Source: Candidatus Latescibacterota bacterium
GTDB taxonomy: Bacteria > Latescibacterota > UBA2968 > UBA8231
Length of the DNA: 64,000 nt
Direction of reading: 5' to 3'
NCBI GenBank assembly: GCA_965243025.1
Contig: CBDETY010000003.1
Location: forward strand, 3,488,001 to 3,552,000
In this document: positions 34,170 through 46,757 of the stretch, piece by piece
Numbering within the stretch: position 1 is the first letter of the stretch
How the letters are laid out: the number at the start of each line of letters is the position of its first letter
Notes under the pieces: generated by a model
Seen by the model: only the letters and a program-made list of their open reading frames with translations
Told to the model about the DNA's origin: nothing
The model's database searches: none
Position numbers and translations under genes: made by a program

Positions 34170-35873
34170 ATGAGCCCCGAACCAGACGCGCGGGCGGCAT
34201 GGACGCGGCCCCTCCGGTCGTCGGCTTTCCGTCTTCTCTGTCAGGTCCTGCTCATTCCGGCTGCAAGCTGGTCCCAGATGATCGGTCCGGGGACGGGCTC
34301 TCAACCCCGCTACAGCTCAGGTCCTCAGTACAGCGCCAGCATGGGCAGCGTAACCGTAGGGAACGAACAACTCTACCGGATCAGCCTGAGGCCCGATATA
34401 CCGCTGGGAAAGTGGGGGCTGGCTTTCGACCTCGAGCTCTTCATCGACGAGAAGGGGAACTTCAGCGACAAGGGCTGGTCGTTCGGAAGCAGCAGCGAGA
34501 CCCTGGACAGCATCCTTCGCAAGATCTACTACGTTCGCTACGGCCAACCGGAGGATTATCTGTTCTTCAAGATCGGCGCCCTCGATCGCGTTACCCTGGG
34601 ATACGGGTTGATAATGGACCGCTACCGAAACACGCTGCAGTACCCGGGAATAAAGAAAACGGGGGTGCGGTTCCAGACCCGAAGCTGGCCGGGGGGCGTG
34701 TCGATCGAAGGGATGGTCAACAACATCCAGGACTTCCAGCAGGGGGGTGCCTTGATCGGCGCCAGGGCGGCCCGCGATGTAGTGGAAAAACTGGAGGTCG
34801 GTCTCACTTTCGTCGTCGACCTCGACCAGTACAGCGGCCTCCACGACCGCGACGGCGACGGCTACCCGGATGCGGTCGACGCCTTTCCGAAGGATGCGGT
34901 CGAGGCCCTCGACAACGACGGCGACGGTGTCCCGGACCAGCTCGACATCGATGACGACAACGACGGCGTCCTCGACATCGACGAGGAGAGCGGCCTTCCC
35001 GGGGGGGCCATCCCGGTGCTGGAGGAGCTGGAACGTTCCTATCCCGACAGCTTCATGGTCGACAGGGATGTCAGCCGCAAAAGGCCCTTCCACAAGGACA
35101 GGGTGGGTGGTGACCGCTTCACCATCGTCGGTCTCGACGCCGGCTATTCGATCTTCGAGCACGGCCGCTTCGACCTGTTGCTCTACGGCCAGATCGCGGC
35201 AATGCTGGACGACGACGACGCACTCAGCGACGCCGAGGCCGAGGAGCAGGGTGTCGTCGCCGGCAATCGCAAAGCCGCGGGGGTCGGCCTGACGGTCCCC
35301 GGCCTGTGGTTGCGCGCCGGCCCCGTCGACGGCCGGCTCGAGTTCCGCCACTTCCGGGAGGACTTCGATTCCAGCTATTTCGACAACCTGTACGAGCTGG
35401 ACCGGGCCCGCATCGACCTCGCCACCGGCAAGGCGACACCCAAGGATTCCCAGCTGCGCCGCGGCCAGTCGCTGTCGGGGGGGTTCGGCCGCTTGCAGAC
35501 CGACATCTACCGGGTTCTCGACGCCTATGTCGATTACCAGCATCTGGTCGGGGCCGGACACCCCAAGCGTCAGCTTCACCTCGCCGCCAGGCTTTCCCCC
35601 GAGCTTCTGAGAATGATTCCCAGGATCTCGCGCGCCCAGGTATTCTTCCAGAAGAACAACATCGGCGCGCGCCTGGATCAGGAGGGAACCCCCGGCTCCA
35701 GAGATGGTTTCTTCGAGCCGACGGAGGATACCTTCTACGGCTACCTGCTCGGAATGAAGATGTCCGGGGGCGTGTCTGCCGTAACGGAGACCCGCTTCAT
35801 GTTCGAGCGCTCCGCCGACGGCACGCTCGAACGCCGCAAGGTGATGACCATAGAGACGGTCTTCAAGTTCTGA
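34170..35873 (+). CDS. Putative outer-membrane beta-barrel protein with an inserted thrombospondin-type-3-like Ca-binding loop
   Basis: Signal-like N-terminus, amphipathic strands and a C-terminal Phe (ETVFKF). The insert reads DRDGDGYPDAVDAFP..DNDGDGVPDQLDIDDDNDGVLD. Confidence 0.7.
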   Translation: MSPEPDARAAWTRPLRSSAFRLLCQVLLIPAASWSQMIGPGTGSQPRYSSGPQYSASMGSVTVGNEQLYRISLRPDIPLGKWGLAFDLELFIDEKGNFSDKGWSFGSSSETLDSILRKIYYVRYGQPEDYLFFKIGALDRVTLGYGLIMDRYRNTLQYPGIKKTGVRFQTRSWPGGVSIEGMVNNIQDFQQGGALIGARAARDVVEKLEVGLTFVVDLDQYSGLHDRDGDGYPDAVDAFPKDAVEALDNDGDGVPDQLDIDDDNDGVLDIDEESGLPGGAIPVLEELERSYPDSFMVDRDVSRKRPFHKDRVGGDRFTIVGLDAGYSIFEHGRFDLLLYGQIAAMLDDDDALSDAEAEEQGVVAGNRKAAGVGLTVPGLWLRAGPVDGRLEFRHFREDFDSSYFDNLYELDRARIDLATGKATPKDSQLRRGQSLSGGFGRLQTDIYRVLDAYVDYQHLVGAGHPKRQLHLAARLSPELLRMIPRISRAQVFFQKNNIGARLDQEGTPGSRDGFFEPTEDTFYGYLLGMKMSGGVSAVTETRFMFERSADGTLERRKVMTIETVFKF

Positions 35874-35896
35874 ACCTCGAACCCCAACGGACCACC

Positions 35897-37009
35897 ATGA
35901 AGATCACCGCCGTATCCGCTCTCGTTCTGCGCCTGCCGGAGGTCACCGACAAGTGCGAAGGCACCCAGGACACCTGCCTGATCAGGATCGACACCGACGC
36001 CGGAATCACCGGATGGGGCGAGGTCGACTCGGCCCCGACCGTGGTCAAGGCGGTCGTCGAGGCGCCGCTGTCGCACCAGATCGCCAACGGGCTCGCAAAC
36101 ATCCTGGCGGGGGAAGATCCCATGGCGATCGAGGTTTGCATGGCGCGCATGTGGGAAGGGGCAAACTACTACGGCCGCACCGGAGTCGGCGCGCACGCCA
36201 TGGCCGGAGTCAACCAGGCGCTCTGGGACATCAGCGGAAAAGCGCTCGGCCAGCCGGTCTGCCGCCTGCTCGGCGGACCCCACGAAACGAAATTCCGAGC
36301 CTACTGCTCGATTCTGTTCGGCGATACCCCTGGGCAGACCTTCGAGCTTGCCCGCAAACACGCCGACCAGGGGTTCACGGCGATCAAGTTCGGGTGGGGT
36401 CCGATGGGGCAGAGCGAAGCCAACGACATCGAGCTGGTCCGCCAGGCACGCCTCGGCGCCGGCGAAGAGGTCGACGTGCTGATCGACGCCGGTCAGGTCT
36501 GGGACTGGAAAACCGCCCTGAAACGGGCGGAGCAGTTCGCGGAGTTCCGTCCGTTCTGGATCGAGGAGCCGTTGAACCCCGACGACGTCGAGGGATACCG
36601 GATGCTGAGCGAGGCCAGCCCCATCCCCATCGCCGCCGGCGAGGCCGAATCCCGTCTCGACAGCTTCGAACGCCTGCTGGTCGACGGCGGGGTCGACTGG
36701 ATCCAGCCGGATCCGGGCCGCTGCGGCATCTCGACCATGGTCGAGGTCGGCCGCCTGGCGGCGCGCCACCACCGGCGCTTCGTCAACCACAGCTTCAAGA
36801 GCGGGATCACCATCGCCGCCTCCCTCCACGGGCTGGCGGCTGCACCGGGTGGCGAGGTTTTCGAGTACTGCATGGCCGAGTCCCCCCTGCGGCACGAGCT
36901 CACGAAAGAGACCTTCCCGGTCGAGGACGGTTTCGTATCGATCCCGGAAGGCCCAGGTCTGGGGGTAACCGTCGACGAGCAGGTGCTCCAGAACTACCTG
37001 GTCCCCTGA
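35897..37009 (+). CDS. Mandelate racemase/muconate lactonizing enzyme family protein
   Basis: Start ATG 35897 (MKITAV). Motifs TDAGITGWGE, ALWDISGKALGQP, LIDAG, WIEEP, AAGE, IQPD, NHSF and GPGLG. Confidence 0.88.
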   Translation: MKITAVSALVLRLPEVTDKCEGTQDTCLIRIDTDAGITGWGEVDSAPTVVKAVVEAPLSHQIANGLANILAGEDPMAIEVCMARMWEGANYYGRTGVGAHAMAGVNQALWDISGKALGQPVCRLLGGPHETKFRAYCSILFGDTPGQTFELARKHADQGFTAIKFGWGPMGQSEANDIELVRQARLGAGEEVDVLIDAGQVWDWKTALKRAEQFAEFRPFWIEEPLNPDDVEGYRMLSEASPIPIAAGEAESRLDSFERLLVDGGVDWIQPDPGRCGISTMVEVGRLAARHHRRFVNHSFKSGITIAASLHGLAAAPGGEVFEYCMAESPLRHELTKETFPVEDGFVSIPEGPGLGVTVDEQVLQNYLVP

Positions 37010-37154
37010 CGGTCAGAATCCCCCGGAACCTGCGCACCCAAGGCGTTTTCTGCATTTCAAGCCGGTTTTTTTTATAAACCGCCTCGTTTTTCTTATCCGC
37101 TTTTTGAATCAGGCCTGATTTTCCCGCAAACCTGCCCCTGAAATCAGAGCGGCC

Positions 37155-37183
37155 TTGCGATAATGCGGAATTCCGCATATACT
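37155..37183 (+). promoter_or_regulatory. Sigma70-type promoter for ilvBN with a 16-bp palindrome in the spacer
   Basis: TTGCGA-17 bp-TATACT. The perfect palindrome ATGCGGAATTCCGCAT lies at 37163-37178. Confidence 0.55.
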
Positions 37184-37227
37184 TGACACTCCATCAGCGA
37201 ATTTTCTGAAAATAACGGAGATTTGAG

Positions 37228-38931
37228 ATGAGAGGTGCGGACGTTGTCATCGAGGCGGTCGAAAGGGCCGGTGTCGAGTACATATTCGGCCACCCCGGCG
37301 GGGCCGCCATGCCGATCTTCGACGCCCTGTGGCATTCGACGAAGACGAAGTTCATCCTCACCCGCCACGAACAGGGGGCGACCCACATGGCCGACGGGTA
37401 CGCCCGCGCAACCGGCAAGCCGGGGGTCGTCCTCGTAACCTCGGGTCCCGGCGCCACCAATACCATTACAGGGCTGCTCACCGCCCACATGGACTCGGTG
37501 CCGATGGTGGTCCTGACCGGACAGACTCCGACCGAGATGCTCGGCAAGGACGCCTTCCAGGAGGCCGACGTGTTCGGCATCTCGATGCCGGTGGTCAAAC
37601 ACTCCTACCTCGTCAAGGACCCCAACGACATCCCCCGGGTGATGATGGAGGCGTTCCACATCGCCACGACCGGCCGCCGCGGCCCCGTCCTCGTCGACCT
37701 GCCGAAGGACGTGACCCAATCGGAAGGCTGTACCGCACCGTGGCCCGAAAAGGTTTACCTCCCGGGATATCACAACGACCCGAAGCCCGCCGCAGAGCTG
37801 TTGATGGAAGCAGCCCACCTGCTGCGCCGAAGCAAACGCCCGCTGCTGTATCTGGGAGGTGGGTGTATCAGCGCCGGCGCGCACAACGCCGCCCGGGCAT
37901 TTGCCGAAAAAACCCGCATGCCGGTGACCAACACCCTGCTCGGCAAGGGGAGCTTTCCCGAGACTCACCCGCTTTCCGTCGGCATGCTCGGAATGCACGG
38001 CACCGCCTACGCCAACAAGGCGGTTGTCGGCTGCGACCTGATCATGTCGGTGGGCGGGCGCTGGGACGACCGCATCACCGGCAAGCTGGCCGAGTTCTGT
38101 CCCGAGGCAAAAAAGATCCACGTCGATATCGATCCCGCCGAGCACGGCAAGGTCGTGATGCCGGACGTCTTCATCGAAGGAGACGCCCTCCAGGTGCTCG
38201 AAGAGCTGATCAACCACGTCGAGCCGCTCGACACCGCCGACTGGCTCGCCCGGATCGACGAGTGGAAGCGCAAGTACCCCCTCAAGTACGGCCGCAAAGG
38301 GGGCCTCAAGATGCAGACGGTGTTCGACCGGCTTTATCACCTGACCGAAGGGAAGGCGATCGTCACCACCGACGTAGGCCAGCACCAGATGTGGGCGGCC
38401 CAGTTCTACAAGACCTCCTATCACCGCCAGTGGCTGTCTTCGGGAGGATCCGGGACCATGGGGTACGGGTTTCCCTCCGCCATCGGGGCCCAGCTTGGCC
38501 GCCCGGAGGAGCCGGTGATCGCCATCGTCGGAGACGGCGGATTCCAGATGACGTTGTGCGAGCTGGCGACGGCCGCCATCAACGACATCCCGGTGAAAAC
38601 GCTGGTCATGGACAACGCCTACCTCGGGATGGTTCGCCAGTGGCAGAACCTGTTCTTCGAGAACCGTCTGTCCGGAGTCGATCTCGAGGGCAACCCGGAC
38701 TTCGTCAAGCTCGCCGAGTCCTACGGCGTCAAGGGACTGCAGTTGAAGCGCACCGCGGACATCGACAAGATCCTGACGCGCATGCTCGAGCACGACGGTC
38801 CCGTGGTCGTGCACGCGCACTGCGAGAAAGAGGACAATGTCTGGCCGATGATACCGGCGGGAGCAGCGGTGAAGGAGATGATGCTCGAGCCCCCCAGGCG
38901 CAAGCTCGCTCCGCCGAAGGGGAGCACGTGA
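37228..38931 (+). CDS. ilvB: Acetolactate synthase large subunit
   Basis: [52 protein letters not shown], the TPP motif GDGGFQM and LGMVRQWQ. Confidence 0.96.
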   Translation: MRGADVVIEAVERAGVEYIFGHPGGAAMPIFDALWHSTKTKFILTRHEQGATHMADGYARATGKPGVVLVTSGPGATNTITGLLTAHMDSVPMVVLTGQTPTEMLGKDAFQEADVFGISMPVVKHSYLVKDPNDIPRVMMEAFHIATTGRRGPVLVDLPKDVTQSEGCTAPWPEKVYLPGYHNDPKPAAELLMEAAHLLRRSKRPLLYLGGGCISAGAHNAARAFAEKTRMPVTNTLLGKGSFPETHPLSVGMLGMHGTAYANKAVVGCDLIMSVGGRWDDRITGKLAEFCPEAKKIHVDIDPAEHGKVVMPDVFIEGDALQVLEELINHVEPLDTADWLARIDEWKRKYPLKYGRKGGLKMQTVFDRLYHLTEGKAIVTTDVGQHQMWAAQFYKTSYHRQWLSSGGSGTMGYGFPSAIGAQLGRPEEPVIAIVGDGGFQMTLCELATAAINDIPVKTLVMDNAYLGMVRQWQNLFFENRLSGVDLEGNPDFVKLAESYGVKGLQLKRTADIDKILTRMLEHDGPVVVHAHCEKEDNVWPMIPAGAAVKEMMLEPPRRKLAPPKGST

Positions 38932-39476
38932 TGGCTGCGGGAAACGGCAAGACCGCGGCCGCCCGCGTCGAAGCGGCTCCCCCGGCCACCAGCAGGACGA
39001 CAATCGGGTTGCTGGTCAACGACCGGCCCGGCGTCCTGATGCGCATCAGCCAGGTGTTCAGCAGGCGCGGCTACAACATCGAATCCCTGGTCGTATCCTC
39101 TGCCCACATCCCCCACTGCTCGCGCATGACGATCACCTGCAGCGGGCCCGGGGACGTGCTCAACCAGATCATCCTGCAGCTCGACAAGCTGGTCGACGTG
39201 ATCCACGCACGGGATCACACCGACGACGATGCGGTGACCCGGGAACTGGCGTTGTTCAAGGTCTCCTGCTCCGTCGAGGAGCGCACCGAAGTCCTGCAGA
39301 TAACCGAGGTCTTCCGCGGCAAGACCGTCGACATCTCCGACGAGACGCTGACCATCGAAGCGACCGGTACGACGGAAAAGATGGACGCCCTCGAACGCCT
39401 GCTGAGCAAGTTCGAGCTGCGCGAAATGGTGCGCACCGGCAAGGTCGTGATGGCCAGGGGCGACGAGATCACCTGA
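38931..39476 (+). CDS. ilvN: Acetolactate synthase small (regulatory, ACT) subunit
   Basis: TGATG overlap with ilvB. Motifs LVNDRPGVLMRISQVFSRRGYNIESL, QLDKLVDV, RELALFKV and EMVRTG. Confidence 0.95.
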   Translation: MAAGNGKTAAARVEAAPPATSRTTIGLLVNDRPGVLMRISQVFSRRGYNIESLVVSSAHIPHCSRMTITCSGPGDVLNQIILQLDKLVDVIHARDHTDDDAVTRELALFKVSCSVEERTEVLQITEVFRGKTVDISDETLTIEATGTTEKMDALERLLSKFELREMVRTGKVVMARGDEIT

Positions 39477-39563
39477 CCGTCGTTCAGCCCCGGCCCTGCT
39501 TTATCCCGGGTGCCGCCCGGCACCTGGCATCCCGAAACAGAAACGGATCGGAAGGAAACCCCG

Positions 39564-39596
39564 GCTCAGGCGCCCCGGTGGACCGGGCGCCTGAGC
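39564..39596. terminator. Strong GC hairpin between convergent ilvN and TonB-receptor genes
   Basis: GCTCAGGCGCCCCGGT-GG-ACCGGGCGCCTGAGC, with one bulge. There is no U-tract, so a terminator or REP-like role is uncertain. Confidence 0.35.
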
Positions 39597-39750
39597 GAAC
39601 CGCGCCGGCGGATGTACCGCGAACGGGGCAGGCGTGGGAGCCCGGGTTTCAGCCGAAGCGCCTGAATGCCCCGGTGTGCCCGGACCGGGATTCTCCCCTT
39701 CAAGCTGCAGGGCGGCCTAATTCGCCCGGATTGCGCCGGCCGCGCAGGAA

Positions 39751-42690
39751 TCAGAAGTCCACCCCGAGCTGCAGGTAGGCGAGCCGCCCGATCTCCGGTG
39801 CGCCCGCCCAGGAGCGGTAGCTGCTGTCGAGGACGTTGTCGACGTTGAGCATCAGCGACAGATTCTCTCCGAACGGGAGGCCGTAGACCGCGTTCAGGTC
39901 CACCACCGTGTAGGGGTCGACATCGCCGACGAAAACACCGGAGTCCTGCCGGAAGGAGCCGTTGTAGCGAACCCCGCCTCCGACGCGCAGGTTCCAGTCC
40001 GGCATTCTGCACGAGGTCGACAGCTTGAACTTCTGTTTCGGAGCGTTGAGGGAAACGTCGGCAATGCCGTCGAGAGCCTCGAAGAAGGCATCGTTGACGA
40101 ACGAGAAGTTGCCTGAGACCGACCACCGGTCGGTCGGGTAGTAGACGGCACTCAAATCCAGGCCGTACAGCGTTATCGAGCCGAAGTTCCGGTAGGTCAT
40201 GAGCACGGCGTTGGGATCGTACGCCTGTTCGGGAGTCACGGTTCCGAACGGAATCCCCGCCGCCCCGCCCGCAAACAAGGTGGTGAGCTCGTCGACGGGG
40301 GAACCGTTTTTGTTCCCCTGGATTATGCCGGGAATGGAAACCTCGTCGAGAGCCCCCAGGACCTGGGCCGCGTCGGCGTTGTCGGGATCCCCCAGAGACG
40401 CTGTGAACGCCGGACCGAGAGCGGCGGCAAGGCTTCCGGGATCGAGGAACACGTTTGGAGTCTCGACTTTCAGAGGCCCGACGAAATCATCTATGTCACT
40501 GCGGTAGACGTCGGCGGCGACGACGAGCCTGTCGCCGACGATTCCCTTGTATCCGAGCTCCACTGTCTGGGTGATGGTCGGCCTGGTGCGGGGCACGTCG
40601 AAGACACCGGCCGCCGGGTCGAAGCTGCCGGTCTCGAGATTGAGAGTCAGCATCGCATTCGCGAGCCCGGGCAGCTGCTCGGGCACCAGGCTGGGCATCG
40701 CCCCCACCACCACCTCTGTCTGGGCCTCCGCCGTAGCCCTGGCGTCGTCGGCTTCCATTCCCATGGCCAGCAACTGCTGCGTGAGCAATTCCGGCGCGAG
40801 CACCTGCAGCTGCGCGGTGAAGCTGGCGAGCACCGCCTGCCGCGCCACCCCCCACATCACACCGGTCGCGACCGGGTCGTCCATCGCTATGAACCCGTCC
40901 TCATGAATCGAATACCCGGGATCCCCGGGGGACAACCCGAGAACCCCGAGCTGACCGGCGATCAGGGGCTGGAACGGTGTGCGGTACATCGGCCGCCCGT
41001 TGCTGTGGCGGAAGGTGAACCCCCCGTCGAATCCCTCGCGGTAGGTCCCCTGAGCCCGGATGTCGATGGCGGGAGAAAACCCGAGAACCGGTTCGAAATT
41101 TCTGCCGAGGCCGTACGGGTCGGCCTGGCCCAGCCGCTCGAGATAGAGGTTGTTCGTCGAAGGGGTGTCGAAGGCGCGGTTGTAGGTCAGTCTCAGCGTC
41201 TGGGTCTGGCGCGGCTTGAAGACCAGTCCGGCGCGCGGGGACAGCACCCCGTCGTCGAGGCGGTTGTGCTGGTCGTAGCGCAACGCAAGTACCAGATCGA
41301 GTTGCTCCCCGAGGTCGGTCTCGCTCTGGAGGTAAGCGCCGTACTCGTCGGTGCCGTCCTCGTCTTCGTTCCGCCCGGTGATCGTACCCTCGGTGTCAGG
41401 CCGGGTCAGCAGCGCGTCGATCCCGTAGGTCAAGCGCTGTCCGCCGCCGAGCGCATACGCGTGCTGGAGCTGGAAGACGTTCAGGTTGGACTTGTCGACG
41501 ATCGCGTCCCCGTTGCGAAGCAGGAAGGTGTCGCCCGCGTCGCTCCAGTTGCGGTACCACTGGGCGAACAGGTTGCGGTAGATGAACCGCGCCTGGACGT
41601 AGTTGTAGGCCCAGTCGACGGCCTGGCCGGCGCCCAGGCCGGTCAGTTCGATCTGGTCACCGCGGTTGTAGCCCCCCGACACCACTGCCGACAGATCTTC
41701 GTCCATGCGATAGTCGAGGCGCGCTTCCGCGCTCTGCCTCTCGATGCCGAAATCCCGGGCGGTGAGATCGGGATTCGCCTCCCTGGCTTTCAACTCGACC
41801 GGATCCTCGTACTCCCAGTCGTTGCCGGTGTAGTACTGCGCCGAGAGCTTGAAAGCCAGGTTGGGGTTGATGATGCCGGCGTGGCGGACCGCCCCTTTGC
41901 GCAGCGATCGCTCCCCCATTCCGACACGCACGTTCGTGCCTGCAGAGGCGAACGGAGAGCGCGTGATGATGTGCATGACCCCCCTGGCGCTGTTGGGGCC
42001 GTAAAGGGCGGATCCCGGCCCCAGCACCACCTCGATGCGCTCGATGTCCTCGTTGACCACCGGGATGAAGTTGTAGGCGTTCACCCGCAGCGACGGCACG
42101 CGGGCGATGCGGTTGTCGGTGAGGGTCAGCATGGCCCCGGAGAAGACGTTGTTGAAGCCGCGCACCACCGCGTTGCTCTGGACGAGCCCGCTTTTTGCGA
42201 AATCGACGCCGGGAAGGTCGCGCACGTGGTCGCCGACGCTGAGGACCGGTCTGTCCCGGATGTCGGCTCCCTCGACCACGGCGACCGAAGCGGGGGCGTC
42301 GAGAGCTTTTTCCTGGCTGCGGGAGGCGGATACGATACTCTGCTCGAGGTAGATCACCGCTTCCGGAAGCTCGACGTCGAGCCGCTTCGAAGCGCCCGCT
42401 TCGATCTCGATGTCCGCCATGGAGAGGGTTCGGTAGCCGATGTGACTGACCTCGAGCTGGTAGCTGCCGGGTTCCAACCCGGCGAAGCTGTACTCGCCGT
42501 CGGCCCTGGCCGCGGTTCCCATCGGTTCTTCGAGAGACGGCCCGGACAGAACGAGGTTCGCCCCCGGCAGGGGAACCCCCCTCTCATCGGATACCAGGCC
42601 GGAAATGGATGCGCCTTCCCCCAGGGCGGGGTGTGCCGCGAGCACAGTCGTGAGCAGTGCGGCGAGTAGACCTTGTCGTCGGTTTGTCAT
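39751..42690 (-). CDS. TonB-dependent receptor with an N-terminal carboxypeptidase-regulatory-like domain
   Basis: Signal peptide, then ISGLVSDERGVPLPGANL. The plug has VSASRSQE..APASVAVV and DIERIEVVLGPGSALYG, and the C-terminus is NVDNVLD..GRLAYLQLGVDF. Confidence 0.93.
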   Translation of the reverse strand: MTNRRQGLLAALLTTVLAAHPALGEGASISGLVSDERGVPLPGANLVLSGPSLEEPMGTAARADGEYSFAGLEPGSYQLEVSHIGYRTLSMADIEIEAGASKRLDVELPEAVIYLEQSIVSASRSQEKALDAPASVAVVEGADIRDRPVLSVGDHVRDLPGVDFAKSGLVQSNAVVRGFNNVFSGAMLTLTDNRIARVPSLRVNAYNFIPVVNEDIERIEVVLGPGSALYGPNSARGVMHIITRSPFASAGTNVRVGMGERSLRKGAVRHAGIINPNLAFKLSAQYYTGNDWEYEDPVELKAREANPDLTARDFGIERQSAEARLDYRMDEDLSAVVSGGYNRGDQIELTGLGAGQAVDWAYNYVQARFIYRNLFAQWYRNWSDAGDTFLLRNGDAIVDKSNLNVFQLQHAYALGGGQRLTYGIDALLTRPDTEGTITGRNEDEDGTDEYGAYLQSETDLGEQLDLVLALRYDQHNRLDDGVLSPRAGLVFKPRQTQTLRLTYNRAFDTPSTNNLYLERLGQADPYGLGRNFEPVLGFSPAIDIRAQGTYREGFDGGFTFRHSNGRPMYRTPFQPLIAGQLGVLGLSPGDPGYSIHEDGFIAMDDPVATGVMWGVARQAVLASFTAQLQVLAPELLTQQLLAMGMEADDARATAEAQTEVVVGAMPSLVPEQLPGLANAMLTLNLETGSFDPAAGVFDVPRTRPTITQTVELGYKGIVGDRLVVAADVYRSDIDDFVGPLKVETPNVFLDPGSLAAALGPAFTASLGDPDNADAAQVLGALDEVSIPGIIQGNKNGSPVDELTTLFAGGAAGIPFGTVTPEQAYDPNAVLMTYRNFGSITLYGLDLSAVYYPTDRWSVSGNFSFVNDAFFEALDGIADVSLNAPKQKFKLSTSCRMPDWNLRVGGGVRYNGSFRQDSGVFVGDVDPYTVVDLNAVYGLPFGENLSLMLNVDNVLDSSYRSWAGAPEIGRLAYLQLGVDF

Positions 42691-42873
42691 CGCTGCTTCC
42701 TCCCCTTCGCGCGATTTGCGAGATGTTTCCCCGATGTGATCTCCAGATTGAAACCCGTGGATTGCACGGGCATTCCAAATATAGCGAAGGCGAGCTGGCT
42801 CTTGATAGCAGGTTTCCGACTTTTACCTTGATTTGCATCATGTAACAGAACCTCAACGTTTCCGGAGATTCGA

Positions 42874-43890
42874 ATGACCGAAAGCATGAAGCTCGCCCTG
42901 CTCGGGTGCGGCGCCATATCGCATTTTCACATCGACGGGATCCGCGAAAGCGCCCCGCGCATAGAGATCACCGCGGCAATCGACACGGACGCGGCAAAGG
43001 CGGGGGAAGTCGCCGAAAAGACAGGTGCCGAGATTTTCACCTCCCTGGACGACGCCCTCGACCGCGGCGACTTCGACGCGGTGGACGTCATGCTCCCCCA
43101 CGATCTGCACGAGTGGGCGGCATGCAAGCTGTTCGAAGCCGGCAAGCACGTGCTGCTCGAAAAACCGATGGCCCCGACCCTCGACGCCTGCGACCGCATC
43201 GTGTCGGCAGCCGCCGGCAGCGGCGTCGTTTTCATGGTCGCCGAGAACTCGCAGTACTGGCCGGAGATCGTCGCCGCAAAACGGCTGATCGACGACGGCG
43301 CCATCGGCGACATCCTGACCGCGAGGGCGGCGTTCGTCATGGAGTTCGACGACTACTGGTTCAAGGACGAGAAGCCATGGAGGTACGACAGGAAACGGAC
43401 CGGCGGCGGCATCGCCGTCGACGGCGGCTCCCACTGGATCCGGCCCCTGCGCATGTGGATGGGAGAAGTGGACGAAGTCGTCGCCGTGGTCGACAGGCCC
43501 CTCGAAAGAATGGAAGGGGAATCGCTGGCCCGGGCCCTGCTGCGTTTCGAGTCGGGACGGGTGGCGATGTTCGACGCCATGATGCTCGACGCGGTGCTCG
43601 CTCCGGATTCCTGGTGGCGCATTACCGGCACGCGCGGCGAGATCCTGATCGACGGGGGGTTCGACGGCGGGCTGCGGCTGTTCGACAGCGACCATCGCGA
43701 CGGCAAGCCGGTGATGGAACCGATGGGTTACCCGAAGTCGTTCGGCCCGGAGCTCGACGACTTCTCGAAGGCCGTTCTCGACGGAAAGCAGCCCGAAGCG
43801 GGTCCCGAAATGGCCCTCGGCGAGCTGAGAACCGCGCTGGCGATCTACCGCTCGGCGGCTAGCAACAGGTGGGAAAAAGTGTGGGGCTGA
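42874..43890 (+). CDS. Gfo/Idh/MocA family oxidoreductase
   Basis: LGCGAIS, PHDLH, GKHVLLEKP and GGGIAVDGGSHWI. Confidence 0.92.
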   Translation: MTESMKLALLGCGAISHFHIDGIRESAPRIEITAAIDTDAAKAGEVAEKTGAEIFTSLDDALDRGDFDAVDVMLPHDLHEWAACKLFEAGKHVLLEKPMAPTLDACDRIVSAAAGSGVVFMVAENSQYWPEIVAAKRLIDDGAIGDILTARAAFVMEFDDYWFKDEKPWRYDRKRTGGGIAVDGGSHWIRPLRMWMGEVDEVVAVVDRPLERMEGESLARALLRFESGRVAMFDAMMLDAVLAPDSWWRITGTRGEILIDGGFDGGLRLFDSDHRDGKPVMEPMGYPKSFGPELDDFSKAVLDGKQPEAGPEMALGELRTALAIYRSAASNRWEKVWG

Positions 43891-44088
43891 GCCGGTTCCC
43901 GACTCCTTGCCGGGGTCCCGGCCCCGGGATATATTCGAGCCTCTCTTTCACAGTGCCTCCGCCTTCGGGCGACAACTGAAGCCGCGCCCGAGCCGGCGCT
44001 CATCCCCGGCGCCCGAGGATCCCGGAGGCCGATCTCAAAATTCGCGGGCAGTGGTTGCGCACCGCCCTCACCCGACTCGCCAATCCCG

Positions 44089-46743
<2,655 letters not shown>

Positions 46744-46757
46744 ACAAGGGAGCATCG

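Noticed and set aside
42691-42873. Cobalamin riboswitch upstream of the TonB-dependent receptor
   Set aside because: The fragments (GTGCAATCC, GAGCCAG) are out of order and there is no GCCCCCGCAACTGT-like core.
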